A stretch of DNA of 64,000 nt from an uncultured Clostridia bacterium. GTDB lineage: Bacteria; Bacillota; Clostridia; Christensenellales; UBA1242. The stretch spans positions 10,170 through 74,169 of the forward strand of contig CALWPI010000001.1 of the NCBI GenBank assembly GCA_944383385.1, written 5' to 3'. The translations under genes were made by a program, and so were the position numbers. A model generated the notes under the pieces. The model worked only from the letters and a program-made list of their open reading frames with translations, was not told where the DNA came from and did not search any database. Positions 19,199 through 27,145 of the stretch are shown in pieces (within the stretch, counting starts at the first letter, position 1; the number at the start of each line of letters is the position of its first letter).

Positions 19199-19937
19199 AC
19201 CAAAAACAGAAAAAGAAATTGAGATTATACGACAAGCATGCCGTATAACAAAAGATACGCTAGACGAGATAGAAAAACATATCAAAGTCGGTGTTAGTAC
19301 AAAAGAACTAGACAAAATTGCTCATGATTATATAATTAGTCGTGGTGCAAGACCATCGTGTCTAGGATATTGTGGATTTCCTGCAAGTATTTGTGCAAGT
19401 ATCAATGATGAGATTGTGCATGGAATACCAAAAGCAAACAGGAGATTAAAAGATGGTGATATCATTAGTGTAGACTTGGTTGTTGAATACCATGGATACA
19501 ATGGTGATGCTGCAAGGACATTTCTTGTAGGAAATGTAAGCGCAGAAGTAAGACAGTTGGTAGAAGTAACAAAACAAAGTTTCTTCGAAGGCATAAAGAA
19601 TATCAAGGGTGGCTCTTTTGTAGGTGATATTTCACATCAAGTACAAACTTATGTGGAGAAACACGGATATTCGATAGTTAGAGAACTTGTAGGCCACGGT
19701 ATTGGTAGAGAAATGCATGAAGACCCAGAAGTGCCAAATTTTGGAGCAATGGGGGCTGGACCAAAACTAAAATCTGGTATGACAATATGTGTAGAACCTA
19801 TGGTAAACATGGGTGATAAACATGTAAAGTTTATGGCAGATGGCTGGACATGTTGTACTCGTGACGGTTTGCCTGCTGCCCATTATGAAAACACCATACT
19901 AATCAAAGATGATGGTGTAGAAATATTAACAATGTGA
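19191..19937 (+). CDS. map: Methionine aminopeptidase type I
   Basis: The track ORF starts at GTG 19182; ATG 19191 is the more likely start. Metal-ligand context: DIISVDLVVEYHGYNGDAA, HGIGREMHE, CVEPM. Confidence 0.93.
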   Translation: MIKPKTEKEIEIIRQACRITKDTLDEIEKHIKVGVSTKELDKIAHDYIISRGARPSCLGYCGFPASICASINDEIVHGIPKANRRLKDGDIISVDLVVEYHGYNGDAARTFLVGNVSAEVRQLVEVTKQSFFEGIKNIKGGSFVGDISHQVQTYVEKHGYSIVRELVGHGIGREMHEDPEVPNFGAMGAGPKLKSGMTICVEPMVNMGDKHVKFMADGWTCCTRDGLPAAHYENTILIKDDGVEILTM

Positions 19938-19943
19938 GAGATT

Positions 19944-20207
19944 ATGGAGTATAAAGCAGGTGATATTGTGATATCAGTAGCAGGTCATGATGCTGGTAGA
20001 CACTATGTTGTGGTAAATAAAACTACGAGTAGGGTATTGCTTTGTGACGGACGATATAGTAAAATATCTCATAGTAAAGCAAAAAATCCAAAACATATTA
20101 GATTTGTGTATCATAACGAACAAATAGAAAAATATATCGCAAACAATCAATTATATGATTGTCACATTAGAAATGCTTTATCTAATGTATCACATTTAGG
20201 AGGATAA
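19944..20207 (+). CDS. KOW-domain small RNA-binding protein, the gene conserved between map and infA in Clostridia-type operons
   Basis: YKAGDIVISVAGHDAGRHYVVV is KOW-like; the position between map and infA agrees. Confidence 0.6.
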   Translation: MEYKAGDIVISVAGHDAGRHYVVVNKTTSRVLLCDGRYSKISHSKAKNPKHIRFVYHNEQIEKYIANNQLYDCHIRNALSNVSHLGG

Positions 20208-20210
20208 TCT

Positions 20211-20432
20211 GTGTCAAAACAAGATGTTATCGAAACAGAAGGCGAAGTCGTAGAAGTACTAAGAAATGCGAATTTCAAAGTCAAACTGACAAATGGGTTT
20301 GTTATTACTGCGTACATTAGTGGAAAATTGTATATGAATAATATCAAAATTCTAGTAGGTGATGCAGTCAAAGTTGAAATGTCGCCCTATGATTTAACAA
20401 AAGGCCGTATTATATGGCGTATAAAAAAATAA
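20211..20432 (+). CDS. infA: Translation initiation factor IF-1
   Basis: GTG start 6 nt after an AGGAGGA SD. The product reads [25 protein letters not shown]. Confidence 0.95.
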   Translation: MSKQDVIETEGEVVEVLRNANFKVKLTNGFVITAYISGKLYMNNIKILVGDAVKVEMSPYDLTKGRIIWRIKK

Positions 20433-20447
20433 AACAGGAGAGTAGAT

Positions 20448-20564
20448 ATGAAAGTTAGACCATCAGTAAAGAAAATGTGTGACAATTGCAAGATTGTCAA
20501 GAGAAACGGTACAGTTATGGTTATCTGTTCCAAATACCCTAAACACAAACAAAGACAAGGTTAG
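20448..20564 (+). CDS. rpmJ: 50S ribosomal protein L36 (38 aa; below the ORF-track size cutoff)
   Basis: My own translation is [47 protein letters not shown] lies upstream. Confidence 0.93.
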   Translation: MKVRPSVKKMCDNCKIVKRNGTVMVICSKYPKHKQRQG

Positions 20565-20718
20565 TCATATTGCCTGTGGCTAATCATATTACATATGTGC
20601 ATATGCACAATTAAGTAAAAAATAATCACTTCTAGGGCGGCTGTGTGAGAAATCACATCCTAGTGAGTGTTTATATAAATACAATAATTAGTTAAAAAAC
20701 TTTAATGGAGGAAAATCA

Positions 20719-21099
20719 ATGGCTCGTATTGCTGGTATAGATTTACCAAGAGAGAAAAGAGTAGAAATAGGACTAACCTATATCTATGGTATTGGAAGAG
20801 AAACTTCCAACAAAATTCTTGCAGCAACCAAAGTCAATCCTGACACTCGTGTCAAAGATTTGACAGAAGAAGAAATTAGTGCAATCTCTTCATATATTCA
20901 AAAGAATTGTGTTGTTGAGGGTGATTTGCAAAGAGAAGTTGCTCTAAATATCAAAAGACTACAAGAAATAGGCTGTTATAGAGGTGTTCGTCATCGTAAA
21001 AATTTGCCTGTTCGTGGTCAAAATACAAAGAGAAACGCAAGAACAAGAAAAGGTCCAAAGAAGACCGTTGCAAAATCTAAAAAAAATGCAAATAAATAA
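20719..21099 (+). CDS. rpsM: 30S ribosomal protein S13
   Basis: [26 protein letters not shown]. Confidence 0.97.
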   Translation: MARIAGIDLPREKRVEIGLTYIYGIGRETSNKILAATKVNPDTRVKDLTEEEISAISSYIQKNCVVEGDLQREVALNIKRLQEIGCYRGVRHRKNLPVRGQNTKRNARTRKGPKKTVAKSKKNANK

Positions 21100-21115
21100 T
21101 TGAAGGAGATAAAAC

Positions 21116-21511
21116 ATGGCTGTTCAAAAGAAAGCTACAACAAAAAAGAGAAAATCCACTCGTAGTTTGAATAAAGGTGAAGCTCATATCCACGCATCAT
21201 TTAACAATACTATTGTCACCATCACTGACGACGCAGGAAATACAGTTTCTTGGTCAAGTGCTGGTAGTCTTGGTTTGAGCGGTTCTAGAAAGAGCACTCC
21301 TTATGCAGCACAACAAGCAGCAGAAATTGCAGCAAAAAGTGCAGTAGAACAAGGACTAAAGAGTGTGGATGTTTATGTAAAAGGTCCAGGTAATGGCAGA
21401 GAAACTGCTATTCGTGCATTGCAAGCAGCTGGATTGCAGGTAACAATGATTAGTGATGTATCACCAATACCTCACAATGGTTGTCGCCCACCAAAACGTA
21501 GAAGAATATAA
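21116..21511 (+). CDS. rpsK: 30S ribosomal protein S11
   Basis: [22 protein letters not shown] ... [12 protein letters not shown]. Confidence 0.97.
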   Translation: MAVQKKATTKKRKSTRSLNKGEAHIHASFNNTIVTITDDAGNTVSWSSAGSLGLSGSRKSTPYAAQQAAEIAAKSAVEQGLKSVDVYVKGPGNGRETAIRALQAAGLQVTMISDVSPIPHNGCRPPKRRRI

Positions 21512-21529
21512 TAAGGAGAAAAAAAGATA

Positions 21530-22150
21530 ATGGCAAAATATACAGGTGCAGATTGCAAATTGTGTCGTCGTGAAGGATGCAAATTGTTCCTAAAAGGCGA
21601 AAGATGTCTTTCAAAGAAATGTGCTATGGAAAGAAGAGCAGTTGCTCCAGGTGTCCACGGTGCAGCAAAGAAGAAAAATTCTGAATATGGTTTGCAATTG
21701 AGAGAAAAACAAAAGGTCAAAAGAGCCTATGGACTTCTTGAAAAACAATTCCACAAATATTATGTCGAAGCAAATCGTATGAAAGGTGTTGTCGGTGACA
21801 ACATGCTATCATTGATTGAAAGAAGACTTGACAACGTAGTATTCCGTATGGGTATTGGTTCTTCAAGAGCAGAATGTAGACAAATAGTCAATCACGGACA
21901 TATCACTGTCAATGGCAAGAATGTAAACATTCCTTCTTACCAAGTAAAAGTTGGCGATGTTATTGCTATCAAAGAAAACAAGAAAAACAAAGAAATGTTC
22001 AAAGAACTCAAAGATGTCAAGGTTGTTATGCCTAAATGGTTAGAATTTGATGCAGAGAAATTGTCAGGCAAGATTATTGCTCTACCTCAAAGAGATGATA
22101 TTGATATGAATATCCAAGAGCATCTCATTATAGAGTTGTACTCAAAATAA
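21530..22150 (+). CDS. rpsD: 30S ribosomal protein S4
   Basis: MAKYTGADCKLCRREGCKLFLKGERC, followed by an S4 domain. Confidence 0.96.
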   Translation: MAKYTGADCKLCRREGCKLFLKGERCLSKKCAMERRAVAPGVHGAAKKKNSEYGLQLREKQKVKRAYGLLEKQFHKYYVEANRMKGVVGDNMLSLIERRLDNVVFRMGIGSSRAECRQIVNHGHITVNGKNVNIPSYQVKVGDVIAIKENKKNKEMFKELKDVKVVMPKWLEFDAEKLSGKIIALPQRDDIDMNIQEHLIIELYSK

Positions 22151-22182
22151 TAAAATCCAATGTATAAGGAAGGAAATTTGGT

Positions 22183-23136
22183 ATGATGGAAATCGAAAAA
22201 CCAAGAATTATTTGCGAAGAAGCCAACAATGGTTGTTTTGCAAGATTTGTTGTAGAACCATTAGACAGAGGTTTTGGTCTAACTATTGGCAACTGTTTGA
22301 GGAGAGTATTGTTATCTGCTCTACCAGGCGCTGCTGCTATTGGTATCAAAATCAGAGGTGTACAACATGAATTTAGTACAATCAAAGGAGTCGTAGAAGA
22401 TGTCGTTGATATTGTTTTGAATATCAAGAGTCTTGCAATCAAGACAACAGATACTTCTAGTGACTTCAAAACTATTATTCGTATTAATAAATACGGTGCA
22501 GGCGAAGTGACTGCTGCTGACTTTGAACCAAATGACCAAGTACAAATTATGAACCCAGATTTACATATTTGTACTCTTGATGAGGGTGCAAGTTTTGAAA
22601 TGGAAGTTTACGTTGGTCGTGGTCGCGGATATGTTCCAGCAGAAAATAACAAGAGTGAAAACGACCCTATTGGATACATTGCAGTAGACAGTATATTCAC
22701 TCCTGTAAAAAAGGTAAATTACTTTGTTGAGAGTACTCGTGTTGGACAAAGTATCAATTATGACAAATTGACTATCGAAGTAGATACAAATGGCACGCTA
22801 TCAAGCCGTGAAGTCATAAGTCTATCAGCAAAATTAGTACAAGACCATATGGGATTGTTTGTCGAACTTGTTGAGAACATGAGCAAAATGGAATTGCTTG
22901 TAAGTCGTGAAGAAGACAAACAAACAAAAGTACTAGAAATGACGATTGATGATATGGATTTGTCAGTTAGAAGTTATAACTGCCTTAAAAGAGCAGGAAT
23001 ATTCACTATTGAAGATTTGATTAAAAAATCTGAAAGTGATTTAGCAAAAGTAAAGAATCTTGGTAAGACATCTCTTGCTGAGGTTGTGTCAAAACTCGAA
23101 TCTTATGGATTGAGTTTGAGAAATGATGAAGAATAA
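22183..23136 (+). CDS. rpoA: DNA-directed RNA polymerase subunit alpha
   Basis: GFGLTIGNCLRRVLLSALPGAA; C-terminal domain DDMDLSVRSYNCLKRAGI. Confidence 0.97.
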   Translation: MMEIEKPRIICEEANNGCFARFVVEPLDRGFGLTIGNCLRRVLLSALPGAAAIGIKIRGVQHEFSTIKGVVEDVVDIVLNIKSLAIKTTDTSSDFKTIIRINKYGAGEVTAADFEPNDQVQIMNPDLHICTLDEGASFEMEVYVGRGRGYVPAENNKSENDPIGYIAVDSIFTPVKKVNYFVESTRVGQSINYDKLTIEVDTNGTLSSREVISLSAKLVQDHMGLFVELVENMSKMELLVSREEDKQTKVLEMTIDDMDLSVRSYNCLKRAGIFTIEDLIKKSESDLAKVKNLGKTSLAEVVSKLESYGLSLRNDEE

Positions 23137-23149
23137 GTAAGGAGTTATT

Positions 23150-23653
23150 ATGAAGAAGTTGAAAAGAGCAACAGACAAGAGATTAGCACTTGTTCGTGGA
23201 CTAGCAACTAGCCTTCTATGGTACGGTGAGATTGAAACTACAAAAGACAAAGCAAAAGCTGTTCAATCAGTTGCAGAAAAATTGTTGACAAAAGCAATTG
23301 CAACTCACAAAGATACCAAAAAGGTCACAAAGACTGTCGTTGATGACAAAGGCGTATCAGCACAAAAAGAAGTCATTGTTGACGGACCAAAGAAATTGGC
23401 TGCTAGACGTGCAATTATGGCTAAACTTTATGATATCCAAGAAGTAAGAGCAAACAAAGAGAGCAAAGATGACTTTGTTGCACGTACAAAAGATATCAAA
23501 CATCCATTGATTGAAAAAATATTCAATGAGTATGCTCCAAAATATGAAAATAGAGCAAACGAACTTGGAATTGGTGGGGGATATACAAGAATATTGAACC
23601 TAGGACCAAGAAAAGGCGACAATGCTCAAATGGTAAAAATTCAATTATTGTAG
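23150..23653 (+). CDS. rplQ: 50S ribosomal protein L17 (long form, 167 aa)
   Basis: [21 protein letters not shown] ... [25 protein letters not shown]. Confidence 0.93.
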   Translation: MKKLKRATDKRLALVRGLATSLLWYGEIETTKDKAKAVQSVAEKLLTKAIATHKDTKKVTKTVVDDKGVSAQKEVIVDGPKKLAARRAIMAKLYDIQEVRANKESKDDFVARTKDIKHPLIEKIFNEYAPKYENRANELGIGGGYTRILNLGPRKGDNAQMVKIQLL

Positions 23654-23687
23654 AAAAAAATGCAGTTTTACTCTGCATTTTTTTATT
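23654..23687 (+). terminator. Intrinsic terminator ending the alpha operon
   Basis: Hairpin atgcag-ttttact-ctgcat followed by T7. Confidence 0.8.
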
Positions 23688-23725
23688 TTGTAAAAAAGTA
23701 CTAAATTTATATATTATTTACAAAA

Positions 23726-23755
23726 AATGCTTGTTACATTAATGCAACAAGCATT
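23726..23755 (+). promoter_or_regulatory. Perfect 10-bp inverted repeat (candidate operator or 5'-UTR hairpin) upstream of the lipoprotein gene
   Basis: aatgcttgtt - 10 nt - aacaagcatt. It lies just downstream of a TTGTAA-18 nt-TATTAT promoter-like sequence (23688-23717). Confidence 0.5.
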
Positions 23756-23783
23756 ACTAATTTTTATACTACAAAGGACAAAT

Positions 23784-26700
23784 ATGATAAAAAGAGTTTT
23801 AGGTGTTGTTGTAACCTTAATCTTATCATTTTTCTTATTTGCTTGTGATGAAGTGAATAATGATGAAACGTTTTCATTATCTTTTGAAAATGACAATGTT
23901 ATTGTAGACTTGAATACAAACTATGATTTAGATGCTTTGAATAATATTATAATAAGTTCTGGTTATTCCAATTATATATTAAATTATAGCGTATCCAATA
24001 CAAATATTGCTGAAATTATTGATAATACCTTTTATCCAAAAGCAGTCGGTAGAGTAGATGTCACAGTAAATTGCGATTTTCAAGGCGAAATGTACGAAGA
24101 TATATGTCATGTAGAAATACAAGATAATTCAATCAATAATTGTTACTTTGAACAAAAATCATTAGATGTAAATGTTTCTAACATGACAGTAGATGACACT
24201 ATTTCAATATATAATCGATTTGTTATTGAAAGCGACAAAGACAAACACACAATACAAACGGTATATAAAAATGATAATGGTGAGTTTTTATATGATAATG
24301 ATTATGTTTCATACAATTATGATACGGGTGAAATAAGGTTAATAAAAATTGATAAAAACATTACTCAAATTGAGATAGGTGTATATGTGTACACTTCTTT
24401 TGATGAACACGAATTTTATTCATTTGTGCTAAAATTTGAATATGATGTATATTCGACTATGTTGGGCGTTTCACATACGGAAATTCATAGTAAAATAAAT
24501 GAGCCACAAACATTCAAGATTTTGTTTGATAAGGGAACAACAATGTTGCCAAGTATTAGTTTAGACGACAACATATCTTATAAACTACTTGAAACTGGTA
24601 ATGATTATCAAACTTATGAAATCATATCTAGTATTAGTGGTGAATATACAATAAGTGTTGACATACCAAGTAAAAACAATCTAAAACAAACAATCAAATA
24701 TTTTGTACAAGATAAGGCAATGCTCAATAATTTGTCAATAAATTATAATGAAGCAATATTTACTAATCAAAAATATATTTTATCTTTTGACTCAAATATT
24801 GATTTGGATACATCTAAAATAACTATAAAAGATTATTGGACATTTGATGACAACGCAATATCTAGTAACATTGGTACATTTGTGAGTAAGAATGATTTGT
24901 CATATTCATACTCAATAAGTTGTTCAAATGCAGGTAGTCATAAAATAGTTGTTGAATATTTGGATGAGTATGGAAACTATTCTAATGCTATATCATTAGA
25001 AATAGAATTTGAAGTTTATGAACTTGCGACAAACATCAATACACAAATTTATAATCAATCTAATACACTTGTAGACACGCAAGAAATTACTTTGACGCTA
25101 ATTGATAACACAAGAGAAGAAAATATTGAACTTGCAACAGCAGACAATCTAAACACAAGTTGTTATGTTGTTGCTCAAAGTGATGTTGCTCATCCTTTTG
25201 GAAATATTACTTATAGTCAAGTAGGGCAAAGTATTAGCGTAAGTAGTATTGACAACAAATATGTTGTAGAACCAATCAGTGTTGGGACAAGCACAATAAC
25301 TTTTATGATAAACAATGTTGTTAAAACTATAACAATCAATGTCGATATGAGCAAATATACAAATGTTCATCTTGACAAACAAGAATATGAATTATTACCA
25401 AATAGTTCACAAACAATAGTTGTGGAGTATTTACCACAATATGCCTATGACAAATCAAGTAGTATTTACATTGAAGATACATCAATTGCAGTTTTAGAAG
25501 AAAATATATTGCATTATGTATCAAGTGGTAATACAAATATTATATTTGAAAATAGAGTAGTTGCTGCGATAAATTGTGTGGCAATTATTGATGATGTAGT
25601 ATTTGACAAAGGTAATCAAAGTATTGAAGCAATACCAGGTAAACAAATAGAGATAAATTGTAGATTTTTCTGTCAAGGCAATGCAGTTGTTGTGCCAATT
25701 GATATAGTGTCTAATGGGGTTGTAATAAGTACGTCAAAATATCTTGATAACATTTTCCAATTGATATTCTATGTGTCCAGTCAAGAAACGTCTTATATCA
25801 CATTAGTCAATAAAGATACAAATAGTGACATAATCACAATAGATATTGTCACAAAACCCGAAATAATTACAAATCTTGATGTGACATATGAAGATGTGTT
25901 GATATATCAAGAAGGACTTATTTTTGAACCACAAGTGACTGTTACTTCAAACTATGGCGTAGTCGACAGCAGTCGAGTTACAATGACGGAAAAGAACGGC
26001 AAATGCACAATAAATGATTTGCAAGCAAAGATTGAAGATGTGGGCATTTATAACTTTGTGTTTACTATTGATGATTTTATAAAAGAAATTGAGATAATGG
26101 TCATTCCACAAGATATAGAACAAAATGCGATTGTAAGAACAAGTGCAGAATTTGTGTATGCACTTGAAAATAATTTGCCAGTGTATCTAGCGAACGATAT
26201 TATCTTGGACAACGAAAATGTGATAACTAGTTCATACTCAAACACTATTTCTAGTTTGGGTAGTACTCTATGTACTATTACATTAAATTCAACTCTTATT
26301 GAAACATTACAAAACGAAGCAAAGATAAGTAATGTCAACATTTTGTTGCCAAATACTATTGATGTACAAGGGTATATAGCAAAAAACAATTTTGGTATAA
26401 TTGAAAATATTAATATCACAAATGAAGCAGTCGACTTGTCAAATGACGCAACTCTAATTTGTTGTAACAACTATGGAACAATATCAGGAATTTCTACAAA
26501 ACTTGATATACAAGCGTACAATTTTGATTTTGCAACTATTTGCTATATGAACCAAGGATTGATTAAAAAATGTACTTTGGACTTGAATATATCAGGCTCG
26601 TCCAATATTTCTGGTGTCACATATATGAGTGACATTTCAAATAAGGAAATCTTCCCAACAATTGACGATATGGTTATTGATATTGTAATAAATTATAGTG

Positions 26701-26987
26701 GCAATGATTCCAATTATAGTGCATGTGGCATACTTTGTTCTGCTGGTGGGAGAGTGTCGAGTAGTACAAGCCACACAATATTGTCCAATATTACTTTGAA
26801 TTTTTCCTACAATTCCAGCAATGTATCAAATATATATGTTGTAGCAAAGACAATGAGTTCTTCTCATGAAATGCACGATTGTAATATATTTGTAAATGAG
26901 AGAGATAATGTACTAAATATTATCCAAACATTAAAATATTTGTCTTCTTCATATCAGACAGACAATAAACTTACATTTTTACAATAA
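23784..26987 (+). CDS. Large surface lipoprotein (1067 aa) with Big_2-like Ig repeats and a GLUG/beta-helix-like C-terminal module
   Basis: The track ORF starts at 23727, but ATG 23784 gives the lipoprotein signal MIKRVLGVVVTLILSFFLFA|C. Big_2-like signatures include VSNTNIAEIIDNTFYPKAVGRVDVTV, IDNKYVVEPISVGTSTITF and IEDTSIAVLEENILHYVSSGNTNIIF. The C-terminus reads IVRTSAEFVYALENNLPVYLANDIIL ... IAKNNFGIIENINIT ... CCNNYGTISG ... ICYMNQGLIKKC. Confidence 0.75.
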   Translation: MIKRVLGVVVTLILSFFLFACDEVNNDETFSLSFENDNVIVDLNTNYDLDALNNIIISSGYSNYILNYSVSNTNIAEIIDNTFYPKAVGRVDVTVNCDFQGEMYEDICHVEIQDNSINNCYFEQKSLDVNVSNMTVDDTISIYNRFVIESDKDKHTIQTVYKNDNGEFLYDNDYVSYNYDTGEIRLIKIDKNITQIEIGVYVYTSFDEHEFYSFVLKFEYDVYSTMLGVSHTEIHSKINEPQTFKILFDKGTTMLPSISLDDNISYKLLETGNDYQTYEIISSISGEYTISVDIPSKNNLKQTIKYFVQDKAMLNNLSINYNEAIFTNQKYILSFDSNIDLDTSKITIKDYWTFDDNAISSNIGTFVSKNDLSYSYSISCSNAGSHKIVVEYLDEYGNYSNAISLEIEFEVYELATNINTQIYNQSNTLVDTQEITLTLIDNTREENIELATADNLNTSCYVVAQSDVAHPFGNITYSQVGQSISVSSIDNKYVVEPISVGTSTITFMINNVVKTITINVDMSKYTNVHLDKQEYELLPNSSQTIVVEYLPQYAYDKSSSIYIEDTSIAVLEENILHYVSSGNTNIIFENRVVAAINCVAIIDDVVFDKGNQSIEAIPGKQIEINCRFFCQGNAVVVPIDIVSNGVVISTSKYLDNIFQLIFYVSSQETSYITLVNKDTNSDIITIDIVTKPEIITNLDVTYEDVLIYQEGLIFEPQVTVTSNYGVVDSSRVTMTEKNGKCTINDLQAKIEDVGIYNFVFTIDDFIKEIEIMVIPQDIEQNAIVRTSAEFVYALENNLPVYLANDIILDNENVITSSYSNTISSLGSTLCTITLNSTLIETLQNEAKISNVNILLPNTIDVQGYIAKNNFGIIENINITNEAVDLSNDATLICCNNYGTISGISTKLDIQAYNFDFATICYMNQGLIKKCTLDLNISGSSNISGVTYMSDISNKEIFPTIDDMVIDIVINYSGNDSNYSACGILCSAGGRVSSSTSHTILSNITLNFSYNSSNVSNIYVVAKTMSSSHEMHDCNIFVNERDNVLNIIQTLKYLSSSYQTDNKLTFLQ

Positions 26988-26992
26988 TTATT

Positions 26993-27015
26993 AAAAGGTC
27001 TTATAGACCTTTTTT
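26993..27015 (+). terminator. Intrinsic terminator
   Basis: aggtc-ttata-gacct followed by T5. Confidence 0.75.
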
Positions 27016-27063
27016 CTTGTCGCAAAACGTAAAAATATGTCGCAGTGGGTTCGCGCTATTTGT

Positions 27064-27092
27064 TTGACACAAAAAAATTATATATATATAAT
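27064..27092 (+). promoter_or_regulatory. Consensus sigma-A promoter of the 2412-aa gene
   Basis: TTGACA (27064-27069), 17-nt spacer, TATAAT (27087-27092). A second extended -10, TGgTATACT, lies at 27109-27117. Confidence 0.6.
27079..27090. repeat. (TA)6 dinucleotide repeat spanning the spacer and -10 of that promoter; core of the 18-bp palindrome aattatatatatataatt
   Basis: Direct reading. Confidence 0.95.
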
Positions 27093-27145
27093 TAAAATAG
27101 TTAATATTTGGTATACTACTTTTGTAGGCTCAAATAGGAGTAAAA

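Noticed and set aside
23727-23783. Upstream start of the lipoprotein ORF (MLVTLMQQALLIFILQRTN...)
   Set aside because: ATG 23727 lies inside the 10-bp inverted repeat and would bury the lipobox signal. ATG 23784 yields a standard n-h-c lipoprotein signal peptide.
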